Origin: an uncultured Enterobacteriaceae bacterium
Lineage (GTDB): Bacteria > Pseudomonadota > Gammaproteobacteria > Eutrophobiales > Eutrophobiaceae
NCBI GenBank assembly: GCA_964544965.1
Contig: CAZJED010000005.1
Span: 1,340-38,886, forward strand
Length of the DNA: 37,547 nucleotides
Direction of reading: 5' to 3'
Part shown: positions 1 to 10,018 of the stretch, one piece after another
How positions within the stretch are numbered: position 1 is the first letter of the stretch
How the letters are laid out: every line of letters starts with the position of its first letter
Translations under genes and position numbers: made by a program
The notes under the pieces: generated by a model
What the model was told of the DNA's origin: nothing
Databases searched by the model: none
The model's input: only the letters and a program-made list of their open reading frames with translations

Positions 1-990
1 GATGGACTCCAGAGAAGAGGTGAGATCAATATATCGGGGTGTAATTTCTAAATCCATTACCTTAGACAAATCGCCGTAAACATTCTGAGTTTCCGGGTTC
101 GTTAAATCATAATAATTCGCCAGATAATTTCTAATCTGAAGAATTGTGATGTTTAAATTTTCTTTATCCCGATTTAATAAGGCAAATTTAGCGCTGGCTA
201 ATTCAAATTTAATGCTTAACTTAAGTAAATTAATTTCATCAGGCAGAAAGAAATCCTTTGTAAGATTTTCATTTCTAGTAATAACAACTAAACTCTTAAG
301 CTCATCTACAATAAGTCTATAGAAATTTTTTATTTCTCCTGCTTCTTCACTATTTATTTTTTTATTATTTTGTGAATTATCCTGCATCAATATTCTTTTT
401 AAAGGAAAACTATCAATACGAGCTGACAACTCAGACAAAAATAAAATAGAACTACTCAAATCTTCTTGATTACTAGATCTTAAAATATCAATATCTTTAT
501 TAATTTGTTGTTGAATGGTAGTTGCTTCTTCTATGTTAATTCCACCTAACCTAATACTTGCCGCATCAAGCGCTGTTAAAGTCGTTTCATAGTCATAGCC
601 CAATATTAGATTATGATTTGCGATAGTTAATAAATGTTCGACCTCTGATAATGCATAGTCTCTATTAATATTGAACTGCTCCCTAATAGGCTGTGACACT
701 AAATCCGTAAGAACATCTTTTTCATCTTCGTACTCTTCTAACTTCTTTTGCATTTTTACTAACATTGATTGATTATTATTAATAATGCTATTTATACTAT
801 TAACTATATTTTCCATTTTTCTTATTTTCTGATCGATTAGCCTTTCACTACTAATATATTTATTACTGAAAAAATAAAACCCAGCAATAAAAATAATAAT
901 TAATAATGAGAAAAATAAAACGTGCTTATTCGATGATTCTTTTTTTACCTGATCAAGCAAGATACTATCTTTTTCTTTTATTTCATCCAT
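1..990 (-). CDS. hemX: HemX family membrane protein (3' end runs off the window)
   Basis: Hand-translated from ATG at 990: MDEIKEKDSILLDQVKKESSNKHVLFFSLLIIIFIAGFYFF (N-terminal TM helix), then a coiled-coil-like region and DYALSEVEHLLTIANHNLIL (resembles the HemX 'LAEAEYLLRLAN' motif). Frame is open to base 1. Lies directly downstream of hemD. Confidence 0.8.
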   Translation of the reverse strand, partial: MDEIKEKDSILLDQVKKESSNKHVLFFSLLIIIFIAGFYFFSNKYISSERLIDQKIRKMENIVNSINSIINNNQSMLVKMQKKLEEYEDEKDVLTDLVSQPIREQFNINRDYALSEVEHLLTIANHNLILGYDYETTLTALDAASIRLGGINIEEATTIQQQINKDIDILRSSNQEDLSSSILFLSELSARIDSFPLKRILMQDNSQNNKKINSEEAGEIKNFYRLIVDELKSLVVITRNENLTKDFFLPDEINLLKLSIKFELASAKFALLNRDKENLNITILQIRNYLANYYDLTNPETQNVYGDLSKVMDLEITPRYIDLTSSLESI

Positions 991-995
991 TACAA

Positions 996-1766
996 TTAAT
1001 CCTCAAAAAGTTCAAGGAGACTGGTTAATATACCATCATCACTTTTTTCTCTTACAACAGATATTGTAGATACAAAACCCTTCTTTCTAGCGTATTCGGC
1101 AATACGTTCAGACATAGTCACAAGTGGTGTTATAAAAAGTTCTTTCGTATCATTTTTTAATAAAACTATCAAATTATTAAGAACTTCTTTGCTTGTTACA
1201 ACAACTGCATCTGGATTATTATCATGCCATGCCTTATTTATTTCGTGTTCTTCGTACCTAGGCAATTTCCTTTCATATATCTCAATACAGTCTATAATTG
1301 CCCCTCTTTTCTTTAAGCTATCAGCTAATAACTCACGCCCACCAACACCACGTATAATTAAAATTTTTTTATCAGAAATCTTATTGCTTTGCATCTCTTC
1401 GAGATTTAACAAACCTTCGCTATCTGCATTATCACGAGGAAAAATAATATTTTTTAAGCTGCTGCTGGATACTACTTTAGCTGTGCCCGAGCCTATCGCA
1501 ACAAGTTGAATATCTCTAATTAAATTAATATTGCTAACAAATTTTTTGATTGCTATTTCAGCTGCATTACGGCTTATAAATATTATAAAATCATAACTAT
1601 CTATTCGATTAAAATATTCCGTTAATTCATCAGTTCTTCCTAATGGCTGGATTTCTACTGTTGGAAATTTAACACTAATCCCCCCATAATTTGTAATCAG
1701 GTTAGATAAATGATCAGCTTGTTGGCCAGGTCTCGTTATTAATATGCGCTTATTATTTAACTTCAT
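996..1766 (-). CDS. hemD: Uroporphyrinogen-III synthase
   Basis: ILITRP, IFISRNA, AIGSGTA, SEGLL, RGVGGRELL, VVTS motifs; follows hemC. Confidence 0.95.
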   Translation of the reverse strand: MKLNNKRILITRPGQQADHLSNLITNYGGISVKFPTVEIQPLGRTDELTEYFNRIDSYDFIIFISRNAAEIAIKKFVSNINLIRDIQLVAIGSGTAKVVSSSSLKNIIFPRDNADSEGLLNLEEMQSNKISDKKILIIRGVGGRELLADSLKKRGAIIDCIEIYERKLPRYEEHEINKAWHDNNPDAVVVTSKEVLNNLIVLLKNDTKELFITPLVTMSERIAEYARKKGFVSTISVVREKSDDGILTSLLELFED

Positions 1767-1775
1767 AATAACTAT

Positions 1776-2696
1776 TTATTTTGTAAAATTTTTTAAAATA
1801 ACGTCTGCGCCGCGTTCAAGCAACAAGTCCGCTAATGAAATACCAATGTTTTCAAAATCACTAATATCGCCTTTTCTTTCTGACTTTATAATTTCACTGC
1901 CATTTAATTTTGCAACTAAACCTCTCAATATTATTTCTTTGCCCTCGATAGATGCTAATGCAGCAATGGGTAATTGACAGCCGCCTTGTAATCGACGACT
2001 AAAAGCTCGTTCAGCTAAAATACATTGAGATGTTTCTTCGTGGTTTAGTGGGGTAATTAATTCCTGGGTGATAAAATCATCGGCACGGCATTCTATACCT
2101 ATAGCTCCCTGACCAATCGCTGGCAATAAAAGGGAGTCAGAAACAAATTGCGTTATACGATCACGCAAGTCAAGACGAATCATTCCGGCGGCAGCCAGTA
2201 CTATTGCATCAAATTCTCCTTCATCTAATTTACGTAACCTCGTTTCAACATTGCCGCGTAAATCTTTTAAAACTATATTCGGACAAAGTCTCTTTAGTTG
2301 GGACTGTCGACGTAAACTAGATGTCCCAATAATCGAATTATCAGGTAGCGCATTAATTTGTTTGTAACGATTTGATATTAATACATCGCGACTATCTTCT
2401 CTTTTCAATATGGTATGCAATATAAGATTTTCTGGTAAATCTACGACAACATCTTTCATTGAATGAACGGCAATATCAGCGTCATTTCTTAGTAAAGCCT
2501 CTTCTAGTTCTTTTACAAAAAGACCTTTTCCGCCAATATTTACTAATGAAGAGTCTAAAAATCGATCGCCTTCTGTTTGCATGCCGATTAACTCTACCTC
2601 AATATCGTTATGTAACTGTATTAACTCTTGTTTAACGAATTTGGCCTGCCATAAAGCAAGTGGGCTATTTCGAGTCGATATTCTAATTTTTTTCAC
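1776..2696 (-). CDS. hemC: Hydroxymethylbilane synthase (porphobilinogen deaminase)
   Basis: TRNSPLALWQA, GGKGLFVKELE, AVHSMKD, GTSSLRR, LRGNVETRL, GGCQLP (cofactor Cys). GTG start. Confidence 0.98.
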   Translation of the reverse strand: MKKIRISTRNSPLALWQAKFVKQELIQLHNDIEVELIGMQTEGDRFLDSSLVNIGGKGLFVKELEEALLRNDADIAVHSMKDVVVDLPENLILHTILKREDSRDVLISNRYKQINALPDNSIIGTSSLRRQSQLKRLCPNIVLKDLRGNVETRLRKLDEGEFDAIVLAAAGMIRLDLRDRITQFVSDSLLLPAIGQGAIGIECRADDFITQELITPLNHEETSQCILAERAFSRRLQGGCQLPIAALASIEGKEIILRGLVAKLNGSEIIKSERKGDISDFENIGISLADLLLERGADVILKNFTK

Positions 2697-2824
2697 AATA
2701 TAATCTTATTTTAAAATGATGTTATTCAAAAAAATGTGGCTTTATCATCATACACTTTGGAAATTATTGAGAAAGCTGTTTATAGTCTGGTTATATATGT
2801 ATATATAAAAAATATAGGTGTTTT

Positions 2825-3775
2825 ATGAAATTAGGGATCGTCATGGACCCGATTAGTCGGATTGATATAAAAAAAGACAGCTCCTTTGCAATGTTGCTCG
2901 CTGCACAAAAACGCGGCTGGGATCTATTCTACATGGAACTTAATGATCTCTATATGGATCATAATAAACCCATGGCGCGCATGAAAATTCTGGAGGTTAA
3001 AGAAGACTTAAAGAAATGGTATGTACTATCAGAAGAACGAACTGCATATTTATCGCATCTCGATGTTATTCTTATGAGAAAAGATCCGCCTTTCAATCTT
3101 GAATATATATATTCAACATACATACTTGAGCATGCGCAAAAACGCGGTGTGCTAATAGTAAATAATCCTACTTCGCTTAGAAGTGTAAATGAAAAATTCT
3201 TCATCACATATTTTCCAGATTGTATACCTCCGACAAGAATAAGCAGAGATATGCAAATCCTTCTTAATTTTGTGGAAGAACAGAATGGGGCAATTATTAA
3301 ACCTCTTGATAGTATGGGGGGTGATGGTATCCATCATATAACTAAATTAGATAATACCACGAAGAACGTTTTACAATCGTTAACAAGAAATAGTTCGGAG
3401 TATGTGATGGCACAAAAATTTCTTCCGGAAATAGTAGATGGTGATAAACGTATATTGCTAATTGATGGGGAGCCTGTCCCATATGCTTTAGCCAGAATTC
3501 CGAATGAAAATAATTCTAAAGGAAATCTTGCTCAAGGAGCGCTTGCAAAAGGAATGGAATTAAGCGAGCGTGATAAGTGGATATGCCAGAAAGTCGGTCC
3601 CAGGTTAAGTGATATGGGTTTAATCTTTGTTGGTTTAGATGTAATAGGTAACTACCTAACGGAAATAAATGTTACAAGCCCAACCTGTATAAGAGAATTA
3701 GATAATATATTTCATATAGATATTGGTGCTCAATTAATGGATACAATAGAAAAACGTAAGAAAGAGGATGTATAA
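2825..3775 (+). CDS. gshB: Glutathione synthetase
   Basis: MKLGIVMDPI, KKDSSFAML, MRKDPPF, NEK, GDKRI, GLDVIG, EINVTSPTC. Confidence 0.98.
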   Translation: MKLGIVMDPISRIDIKKDSSFAMLLAAQKRGWDLFYMELNDLYMDHNKPMARMKILEVKEDLKKWYVLSEERTAYLSHLDVILMRKDPPFNLEYIYSTYILEHAQKRGVLIVNNPTSLRSVNEKFFITYFPDCIPPTRISRDMQILLNFVEEQNGAIIKPLDSMGGDGIHHITKLDNTTKNVLQSLTRNSSEYVMAQKFLPEIVDGDKRILLIDGEPVPYALARIPNENNSKGNLAQGALAKGMELSERDKWICQKVGPRLSDMGLIFVGLDVIGNYLTEINVTSPTCIRELDNIFHIDIGAQLMDTIEKRKKEDV

Positions 3776-4750
3776 GTGTTGTTAGCACAAATCGGACCAA
3801 CTCCATATGACCGTCTTGGTTTGACTGTAAGTATTGCCATATTAATTCACGCACTTATTGTTTTTGGTGTCAATTTTACTAAAGAGGACAGAGCAAATAC
3901 ACGTATGAATACAATGGAAATCGTGTTAGTTAATCAGGAAACAAAAGAGCCTGAAGAAAGTAATGTGTTAGCACAAAAAAATCTTGAGGGTGGTGGAGAA
4001 ACTAAAGAAATTACAGAACCAATGACATCAATAGAATCAAATTTTTCTGAATTAACCCAACAGGCTATTGAAAGACCTTCTATAGAAGGCGAACTATTAC
4101 AAAATCATAATATAGAAATGAACAAAAATGAGATCCCAGAAATTCTAGATGTTAACAAAGAAAATATCGAAACAATTGCTGTAAAAGATATAGAAAATGA
4201 AGTTATCGATTTAGTTTCAGAAAAACAAAAACCGGACTTTTTATATGAAAAGTTAGATGAACTAGATGTGAAGAAAAAGATAGCAAAAAAACCATCGCCT
4301 CCAGCTATTCCGACCTCTGAGGAATTACTTTCAAATAGTTTTGAAATTGCTACATCTAATAATGAAGTAAGGCGCAAAATGATAGAACGAACCAAACGCC
4401 CTAAAAGAAAATTTATTTCTGCTAGCACCAAGGAATATGAATACGCGACGTATATGGACGCATGGCGAAGAAAAGTAGAAAGAGTAGGAAACTTAAACTA
4501 CCCTGAAGAAGCAAAAAAACTTAATTTAACAGGCAGTCTAAGGCTTGATGTTGCGTTAAATAAAGATGGAACGATAAATGAAATTACACTTAGAAAATCA
4601 TCAGGTGAAAAACTCTTAGATGATGCGGCAATAAGAATTGTTGAATTAGCTGCTCCATTTTCGCCATTTCCAAAGAATATAGAAAATCAAGTTGATATTT
4701 TACATATTTTACGTACGTGGCAATTCATCAATAACAAAAGTTTTAGATAA
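3776..4750 (+). CDS. TonB family energy transducer (TonB3-like)
   Basis: N-terminal TM with S-x3-H-like motif (SIAILIHAL), long acidic linker, C-terminal TonB_C domain (GNLNYPEEAK...SSG...LDDAAIRIV...AAPF). Sits between gshB and yqgF like P. aeruginosa tonB3. GTG start, GAGGA RBS inside the gshB end. Confidence 0.85.
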   Translation: MLLAQIGPTPYDRLGLTVSIAILIHALIVFGVNFTKEDRANTRMNTMEIVLVNQETKEPEESNVLAQKNLEGGGETKEITEPMTSIESNFSELTQQAIERPSIEGELLQNHNIEMNKNEIPEILDVNKENIETIAVKDIENEVIDLVSEKQKPDFLYEKLDELDVKKKIAKKPSPPAIPTSEELLSNSFEIATSNNEVRRKMIERTKRPKRKFISASTKEYEYATYMDAWRRKVERVGNLNYPEEAKKLNLTGSLRLDVALNKDGTINEITLRKSSGEKLLDDAAIRIVELAAPFSPFPKNIENQVDILHILRTWQFINNKSFR

Positions 4751-4774
4751 ATACTTCTAATACTAATTAAATAC

Positions 4775-5173
4775 GTGAATAACCAAACTTTACTTTGCTT
4801 TGATTACGGAGAAAAACGTATAGGTGTGGCTGTAGGTCAAACCATTACATCTACCGCAAGAGCATTACAAACAATACCCGTAATAAATAAAAAACCAGAT
4901 TGGGAAAAAATAAAGATCCTTGTTGATGAATGGACTCCTGATAAATTTGTTGTTGGTCACCCGCTTACATTAGATGGTGACCGACAGGGAATGACGAATG
5001 CTGCGGAATATTTCGGTCGTCAACTTGAACATCGCTTTCAATTATCTGTTGATCTGATTAGTGAACAACTTTCATCCTACGAGGCAAGACGTGAATTAAA
5101 ATCAACTCGTGATCTCGATCCGACATCAGCTAGACTTATTCTCGAAACGTGGTTTAGTGAAAATACTGAATAA
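4775..5173 (+). CDS. yqgF: YqgF/RuvX family nuclease (pre-16S rRNA nuclease)
   Basis: FDYGEKRIGVAVG, VVGHP, EQLSSYEA, D..SARLILE; upstream of pyrR. Confidence 0.93.
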   Translation: MNNQTLLCFDYGEKRIGVAVGQTITSTARALQTIPVINKKPDWEKIKILVDEWTPDKFVVGHPLTLDGDRQGMTNAAEYFGRQLEHRFQLSVDLISEQLSSYEARRELKSTRDLDPTSARLILETWFSENTE

Positions 5174-5217
5174 CAAATATCGACAAATTAATAATAATAG
5201 TGAAGACTAAGGGTTAT

Positions 5218-5724
5218 ATGGTAAAAAAAATAGATATAAACGCTTTGATAGAAAATATGGCTGAGAGTATAAGCTCTCACTGTAATACCAAAGGCTATAA
5301 GAATCCGTTAATGATTGGGATACAACGCGGAGGGGTTTGGGTAGCCACCCAGCTACACCAAAAACTTAAGTTCGATGATTCGCTAGGCGAGCTGAATATT
5401 GCCTTTTATCGTGATGATTTCAGTAAAATTGGGATGCACCCGGAGGTTAGACCAAGCAAATTATCAACAGATTTAGATGATCGCCATATCATACTCGTCG
5501 ATGATGTATTGCATACCGGCCGTACAATTCGTGCTGCTATGAATGAAATTTTTGATTACGGCCGTCCTGCTAGTATTTCACTAGCTATTCTAATAGAGAG
5601 AAGTGGCAGAGAATTGCCAATTCATGCGGATATGATTGGAAAAAGAATTACACTAAAAGCGGGAGAACATGCTAAACTCTCTGGCCCAGAGCCACTGGTA
5701 CTTGAAATTATAAAATCTGGATGA
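5218..5724 (+). CDS. pyrR: PyrR bifunctional pyrimidine regulator/uracil phosphoribosyltransferase
   Basis: [35 protein letters not shown] 5218 preferred over GTG 5200 (AAGGG upstream). Confidence 0.95.
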   Translation: MVKKIDINALIENMAESISSHCNTKGYKNPLMIGIQRGGVWVATQLHQKLKFDDSLGELNIAFYRDDFSKIGMHPEVRPSKLSTDLDDRHIILVDDVLHTGRTIRAAMNEIFDYGRPASISLAILIERSGRELPIHADMIGKRITLKAGEHAKLSGPEPLVLEIIKSG

Positions 5725-6707
5725 CTGGAAACAATATTCAACTCGACAAAAACGGCAACCTAAAGCATTTTCTTTCTATTGAAGGACTCAGTCAACAATT
5801 ACTCCATACCATTCTTAACTACGCAGAATCATTTGCTACTGTTGATAAAAGGCCTGTAAAAAAAGTACCGCTGCTACGCGGTAAAACAATCGCTAATTTA
5901 TTCTTCGAACCAAGCACAAGAACTCGCACAACCTTTGAATTAGCAGCGAAAAGGTTATCCGCGGATATACTTAATCTGAATATTTCAACATCGGCAACGA
6001 GCAAAGGCGAAATACTAAGCGATACTCTGAGAACTCTTGAAGCGATGCATTGCGATATGTTTGTTGTGCGTCATGCTAACAGTGGAGCAGCGCATTATAT
6101 TACGTCACAAGTAGCCCCTCATATTAGCGTTATTAACGCTGGAGATGGTAGACATGAACATCCGACACAAGCAATGCTCGATATGTTTACCATAAAACAG
6201 TACAAGAAAGATTTTTCAAAACTATCTGTTGCCATTGTTGGCGACATTTTACATTCACGTGTCGCTCGTTCTGAAATTCATGCTTTAAATACATTGGGCG
6301 TCAATGAGGTAAGAATAATCGGGCCTCACACACTTATACCAAAAGAAATCGAAAAGCTTGGTGTGCATGTTTATCACGACATGAATAGCGGTCTAAAAGA
6401 TGTTGATGTTGTTGTAATGTTAAGGCTACAACGAGAACGTATGCGTGGTGCATTATTACCAAGTGAGAATGAATATTTTAAAAGGTATGGTCTAACCAAC
6501 CAAAGACTAAAACATGCTAAAGATGACGCGATTGTAATGCACCCAGGCCCAATAAATCGAGGCGTTGAGATTGATTCTGATGTTGCAGATGGGGAACACT
6601 CTGTAATTCTGCAACAAGTGAGTCATGGTATTGCTATAAGAATGGCTATTATGGCAATGGTCATGGGGCAAATAAATAAAAATGAGAACAAGGAAAAGAA
6701 AAAATAA
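5721..6707 (+). CDS. pyrB: Aspartate carbamoyltransferase catalytic subunit
   Basis: [47 protein letters not shown]. Confidence 0.98.
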   Translation: MTGNNIQLDKNGNLKHFLSIEGLSQQLLHTILNYAESFATVDKRPVKKVPLLRGKTIANLFFEPSTRTRTTFELAAKRLSADILNLNISTSATSKGEILSDTLRTLEAMHCDMFVVRHANSGAAHYITSQVAPHISVINAGDGRHEHPTQAMLDMFTIKQYKKDFSKLSVAIVGDILHSRVARSEIHALNTLGVNEVRIIGPHTLIPKEIEKLGVHVYHDMNSGLKDVDVVVMLRLQRERMRGALLPSENEYFKRYGLTNQRLKHAKDDAIVMHPGPINRGVEIDSDVADGEHSVILQQVSHGIAIRMAIMAMVMGQINKNENKEKKK

Positions 6708-7984
6708 TGCGTGTTTTAATTAAAAATGGAAAATTATTAGACCCCTCTAGCAAACTAGATCAAACACAGGATTTATTTATCGCTGGCAATAAGATCGTTT
6801 CATTAAATAAAAAACCAGATGGTTTTAACCCTGATTTAGTTATTAACGCAAAAGACAAAATTGTTTTGCCAGGATTGATAGATTTATGTGCAAGATTACG
6901 TGAGCCTGGTTCTGAGAAAAAAGGTAACTTTGATAGCGAGCTATTTGCTGCAAATAGTAGCGGTATAACATCGGTTAGTATGCCGCCGGACACAAAACCA
7001 GTTATTGATACGCCGGCGGTTGTTGAATTTATTCATCAACGTGCGAGAGAGACAAATCGAGCAAATATATATCCCCTTGGGGCATTGACGCATCAACTAA
7101 AAGGTGAGCAATTAGCAGAAATGTATTTATTAAAAGAAGCAGGTTGCATTGGTGTTAGTAATGCTCTTAGCATAATTAAAAATACAGAAGTTCTAAGACG
7201 GGCATTTGAATATGCAAAAAGCTGTGATCTTACTGTATTCATATATGCAGAAGATGAAAAAATTTCAAACAATGGAGTTGCTCATGAAGGAGCTATTAGC
7301 ACTAGACTCGGGTTGCCTGCAATACCCGAAACAGCGGAAACAATCGCAATAAGTCGTGCCCTATTACTTATCGAGCAAACAAATGTCCGCGCTCATTTTT
7401 GTCATTTATCTTCCGCACGTGCCGTTGATTTAATTAGAACAGCAAAAAAGAATGGAATTAACGTGACTACAGATGCTTCAATCTGCAACCTTCATTTAAC
7501 AGATATGGATATCGCTGATTATGATAGTAATTGTCACTTGAAACCGCCATTACGTAGCGAACGAGATCGTGTTGGATTAATTGAAGGAATTTGTGATGAG
7601 ACAATTTCTGCGGTGTGTTCGGATCATCAACCACATGAAGTTAACGCTAAATCTGCTCCATTCAGTATTACTGAATCAGGGGCATCAACAATTGAACATT
7701 TGCTTCCATTAATGTTGCATCTTGTAAATCGGAAGGAAATAAAACTTAATCGAGCAATATCAGCACTAACATCGGAACCCGCAAAAATATTAGGTATCGA
7801 TAAGGGTGTTATTGAAAAAAATAAAAATGCAGACTTATGTATTTATGAGCCAAATTCAAATATAAACGTAGATAAAAATCATTTGCTTAGCTCCGGAAAA
7901 AATACGCCTTTTAATGGCTGGGAGTTACAGGGGAAAGTAACTCACACTTTATTAAATGGGAAAGTAGTTTTTAGTATAGATTAA
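6707..7984 (+). CDS. pyrX: Dihydroorotase-like protein, probably inactive PyrC' (ATCase scaffold subunit)
   Basis: Amidohydrolase DHOase fold motifs (PGLID..REPG, PPLR, SDHQPH), but DLCARL replaces the metal-binding HxH. Start overlaps the pyrB stop. Confidence 0.85.
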   Translation: MRVLIKNGKLLDPSSKLDQTQDLFIAGNKIVSLNKKPDGFNPDLVINAKDKIVLPGLIDLCARLREPGSEKKGNFDSELFAANSSGITSVSMPPDTKPVIDTPAVVEFIHQRARETNRANIYPLGALTHQLKGEQLAEMYLLKEAGCIGVSNALSIIKNTEVLRRAFEYAKSCDLTVFIYAEDEKISNNGVAHEGAISTRLGLPAIPETAETIAISRALLLIEQTNVRAHFCHLSSARAVDLIRTAKKNGINVTTDASICNLHLTDMDIADYDSNCHLKPPLRSERDRVGLIEGICDETISAVCSDHQPHEVNAKSAPFSITESGASTIEHLLPLMLHLVNRKEIKLNRAISALTSEPAKILGIDKGVIEKNKNADLCIYEPNSNINVDKNHLLSSGKNTPFNGWELQGKVTHTLLNGKVVFSID

Positions 7985-7988
7985 TTAC

Positions 7989-8876
7989 ATGGACCATCAA
8001 AAGACACGCAACACTTTATATGTGGAACAGGCAGAGCTTATTTCACAGAATACTTATGAAAATAAACAATATCATATGATATTGAGAGCTCCTGAAACAT
8101 CAATGCATGCAAACCCAGGGCATTTTGTTCACATGCAATGTGACTCGAGTATTTACATGCGTCGCCCAATGTCAATTATGCGAAGTTCTATTGAAAATAA
8201 TACAATAGATATATTGTACAAAGTACATGGAAAAGGGACAGATGCATTATCTAAAAAGAAAATTGGAGACAAAATTGATTTAATAGGCCCTATTGGGCAA
8301 CCCTTTAAAACAGGAAATTATAAAAAACGTCCATTGCTAATCGGGGGTGGTGTTGGTATACCGCCTATTATTTTTTTAGCAGAATATATTAAAGATACGA
8401 CAAAAAACCTAAATCCTTTCGTATTAATGGGCTCCGAAATTCCTTTTCCTTTTAAAACTCAACCATCAAAAACAATAATAAATGAAATGCCAGCGGACGT
8501 AACAGCATCAATGACCTTATTAGAAGATTGGAAAATAACATCACGCCTCACAAGTTTAAAAAATTATGCAGGTTGTTTTAATGGTTATGTAACTCAACTT
8601 GCCGATATATGGCTAGAAAAACTAGATTCTGACCAACGAAAAGAAGTTGAAATTTTTTCATGTGGGCCTACTGCGATGCTTAAAACAGTTAGCAAACTTG
8701 CAAAAAAATATAATTTGTCTTGTCAAGTTTCGCTAGAAGAGTATATGGCTTGTGCAGTTGGTGGTTGTGCTGGCTGTACAGTATTAATTAAAACTAAAAA
8801 TGGTAATGAAATGAAGCGTGTTTGTGTTGACGGCCCCGTTTTCGAGGCAAAAAATGTTGTTCAGTTCCACAACTAA
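7989..8876 (+). CDS. pyrK: Dihydroorotate dehydrogenase electron transfer subunit (FAD, 2Fe-2S)
   Basis: RRPMSI (FAD), GPIG, IGGGVGIPP, SCGP, EEYMACAVGGCAGC...RVCVDGPVF (2Fe-2S). Confidence 0.9.
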   Translation: MDHQKTRNTLYVEQAELISQNTYENKQYHMILRAPETSMHANPGHFVHMQCDSSIYMRRPMSIMRSSIENNTIDILYKVHGKGTDALSKKKIGDKIDLIGPIGQPFKTGNYKKRPLLIGGGVGIPPIIFLAEYIKDTTKNLNPFVLMGSEIPFPFKTQPSKTIINEMPADVTASMTLLEDWKITSRLTSLKNYAGCFNGYVTQLADIWLEKLDSDQRKEVEIFSCGPTAMLKTVSKLAKKYNLSCQVSLEEYMACAVGGCAGCTVLIKTKNGNEMKRVCVDGPVFEAKNVVQFHN

Positions 8877-8930
8877 TTATTATAAATTAATTTTTTGTAA
8901 AATATTTTTGCCTACGTTATTTTTTTATAT

Positions 8931-9998
8931 TTAACCAAAATTAATTTTTGCTTCAAGATTAGTTCGCGAACTTGCATTATTAAGTGCTTCTTCCAGTTCG
9001 ATGCGCCCTTCTTTATGCAAATTATATAATGCTGTGTCAAATGTTTGCATTCCTTCTTTACCGCTTTCTTCCATTGCTACCTTAATTTCCTCAATATCAC
9101 CTTTTAAAATTAGATCCTGTATGTGCGGGGTCATAACTAAAATTTCTAGAGCAGCACATCTTTTACCATCTGTTGATTTGACTAATCGCTGTGAAATAAT
9201 TCCTCGGACATTAAGTGATAAATCCAATAACAATTGTTTATGCATTGACTGGGGGAACATATTGATAACACGTTCTATTGCTTGCCCAGCATTATTTGCA
9301 TGTAAAGTTGATAAAGCAAGATGGCCTGTATTACTTAATTCAAGCGCTGCTTCCATTGTCTCCCTTGCTCTAATTTCGCCTACAAGTATAACATCCGGGG
9401 CTTCGCGCAATGATGCTTTAAGTGCATTTGCATATGATCTAGTATCAACACCAACTTCACGTTGATTAATAATTGATTTTATATTTTTATGGCTGAATTC
9501 AATAGGATCTTCAATTGTTAATATATGATCCGATGAGTTTTGGTTCCTATGATTAATCATCGCTGCTAATGTTGTTGATTTACCAGACCCTGTTGCACCC
9601 ACCATAAGTATCAGTCCACGCTTTAATAAACTCATCTCTGATAAAACTTCTGGAAAACCTAATTCTTTAATTGTTGGAATGTTGCTTTGTATACGACGCA
9701 ACACCATACCAACTTGACCGCGTTGGTTAAAAACATTTACACGAAATCTATCTGAATCTTCCAGGCTTATAGCAAAATCACACTCCAATGTTTCCTCAAA
9801 AATAGCTTCTTGTTCTTTGTTCATCACGCTATGCGCGATTTTATTTGTTGCTTCTGGGCTTAATATTGTTTTTCCAACAGAAATTATTTTGCCATCTATT
9901 TTAATTTTTACAGGAGCATTAGCTGTCAAAAAAAGATCAGATGCTTCTTTTTCCACCATTAATTCAAGATGAGGTGTAAGAGGGTTGGGTTGGCTCAT
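8931..9998 (-). CDS. Second PilU-like type IV pilus ATPase (PilU2)
   Basis: ASDLFL, Walker A GATGSGKST, TIEDPIE, LREAPDVILVGEIR, TLHANNA, GMQTFD. No AIRNLIRE motif (has HIQDLILKG). Confidence 0.9.
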   Translation of the reverse strand: MSQPNPLTPHLELMVEKEASDLFLTANAPVKIKIDGKIISVGKTILSPEATNKIAHSVMNKEQEAIFEETLECDFAISLEDSDRFRVNVFNQRGQVGMVLRRIQSNIPTIKELGFPEVLSEMSLLKRGLILMVGATGSGKSTTLAAMINHRNQNSSDHILTIEDPIEFSHKNIKSIINQREVGVDTRSYANALKASLREAPDVILVGEIRARETMEAALELSNTGHLALSTLHANNAGQAIERVINMFPQSMHKQLLLDLSLNVRGIISQRLVKSTDGKRCAALEILVMTPHIQDLILKGDIEEIKVAMEESGKEGMQTFDTALYNLHKEGRIELEEALNNASSRTNLEAKINFG

Positions 9999-10018
9999 AA
10001 TTTTACTAGGTAGTTTTA

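Noticed and set aside
2791-2808. Palindrome TTATATAT-GT-ATATATAA, superficially like a LexA box
   Set aside because: Low-complexity TA repeat; it lacks the CTG-N10-CAG ends.
5174-5217. PyrR-type attenuator upstream of pyrR
   Set aside because: The spacer is only about 44 bp and AT-rich, with no terminator/antiterminator hairpins or PyrR-binding loop.
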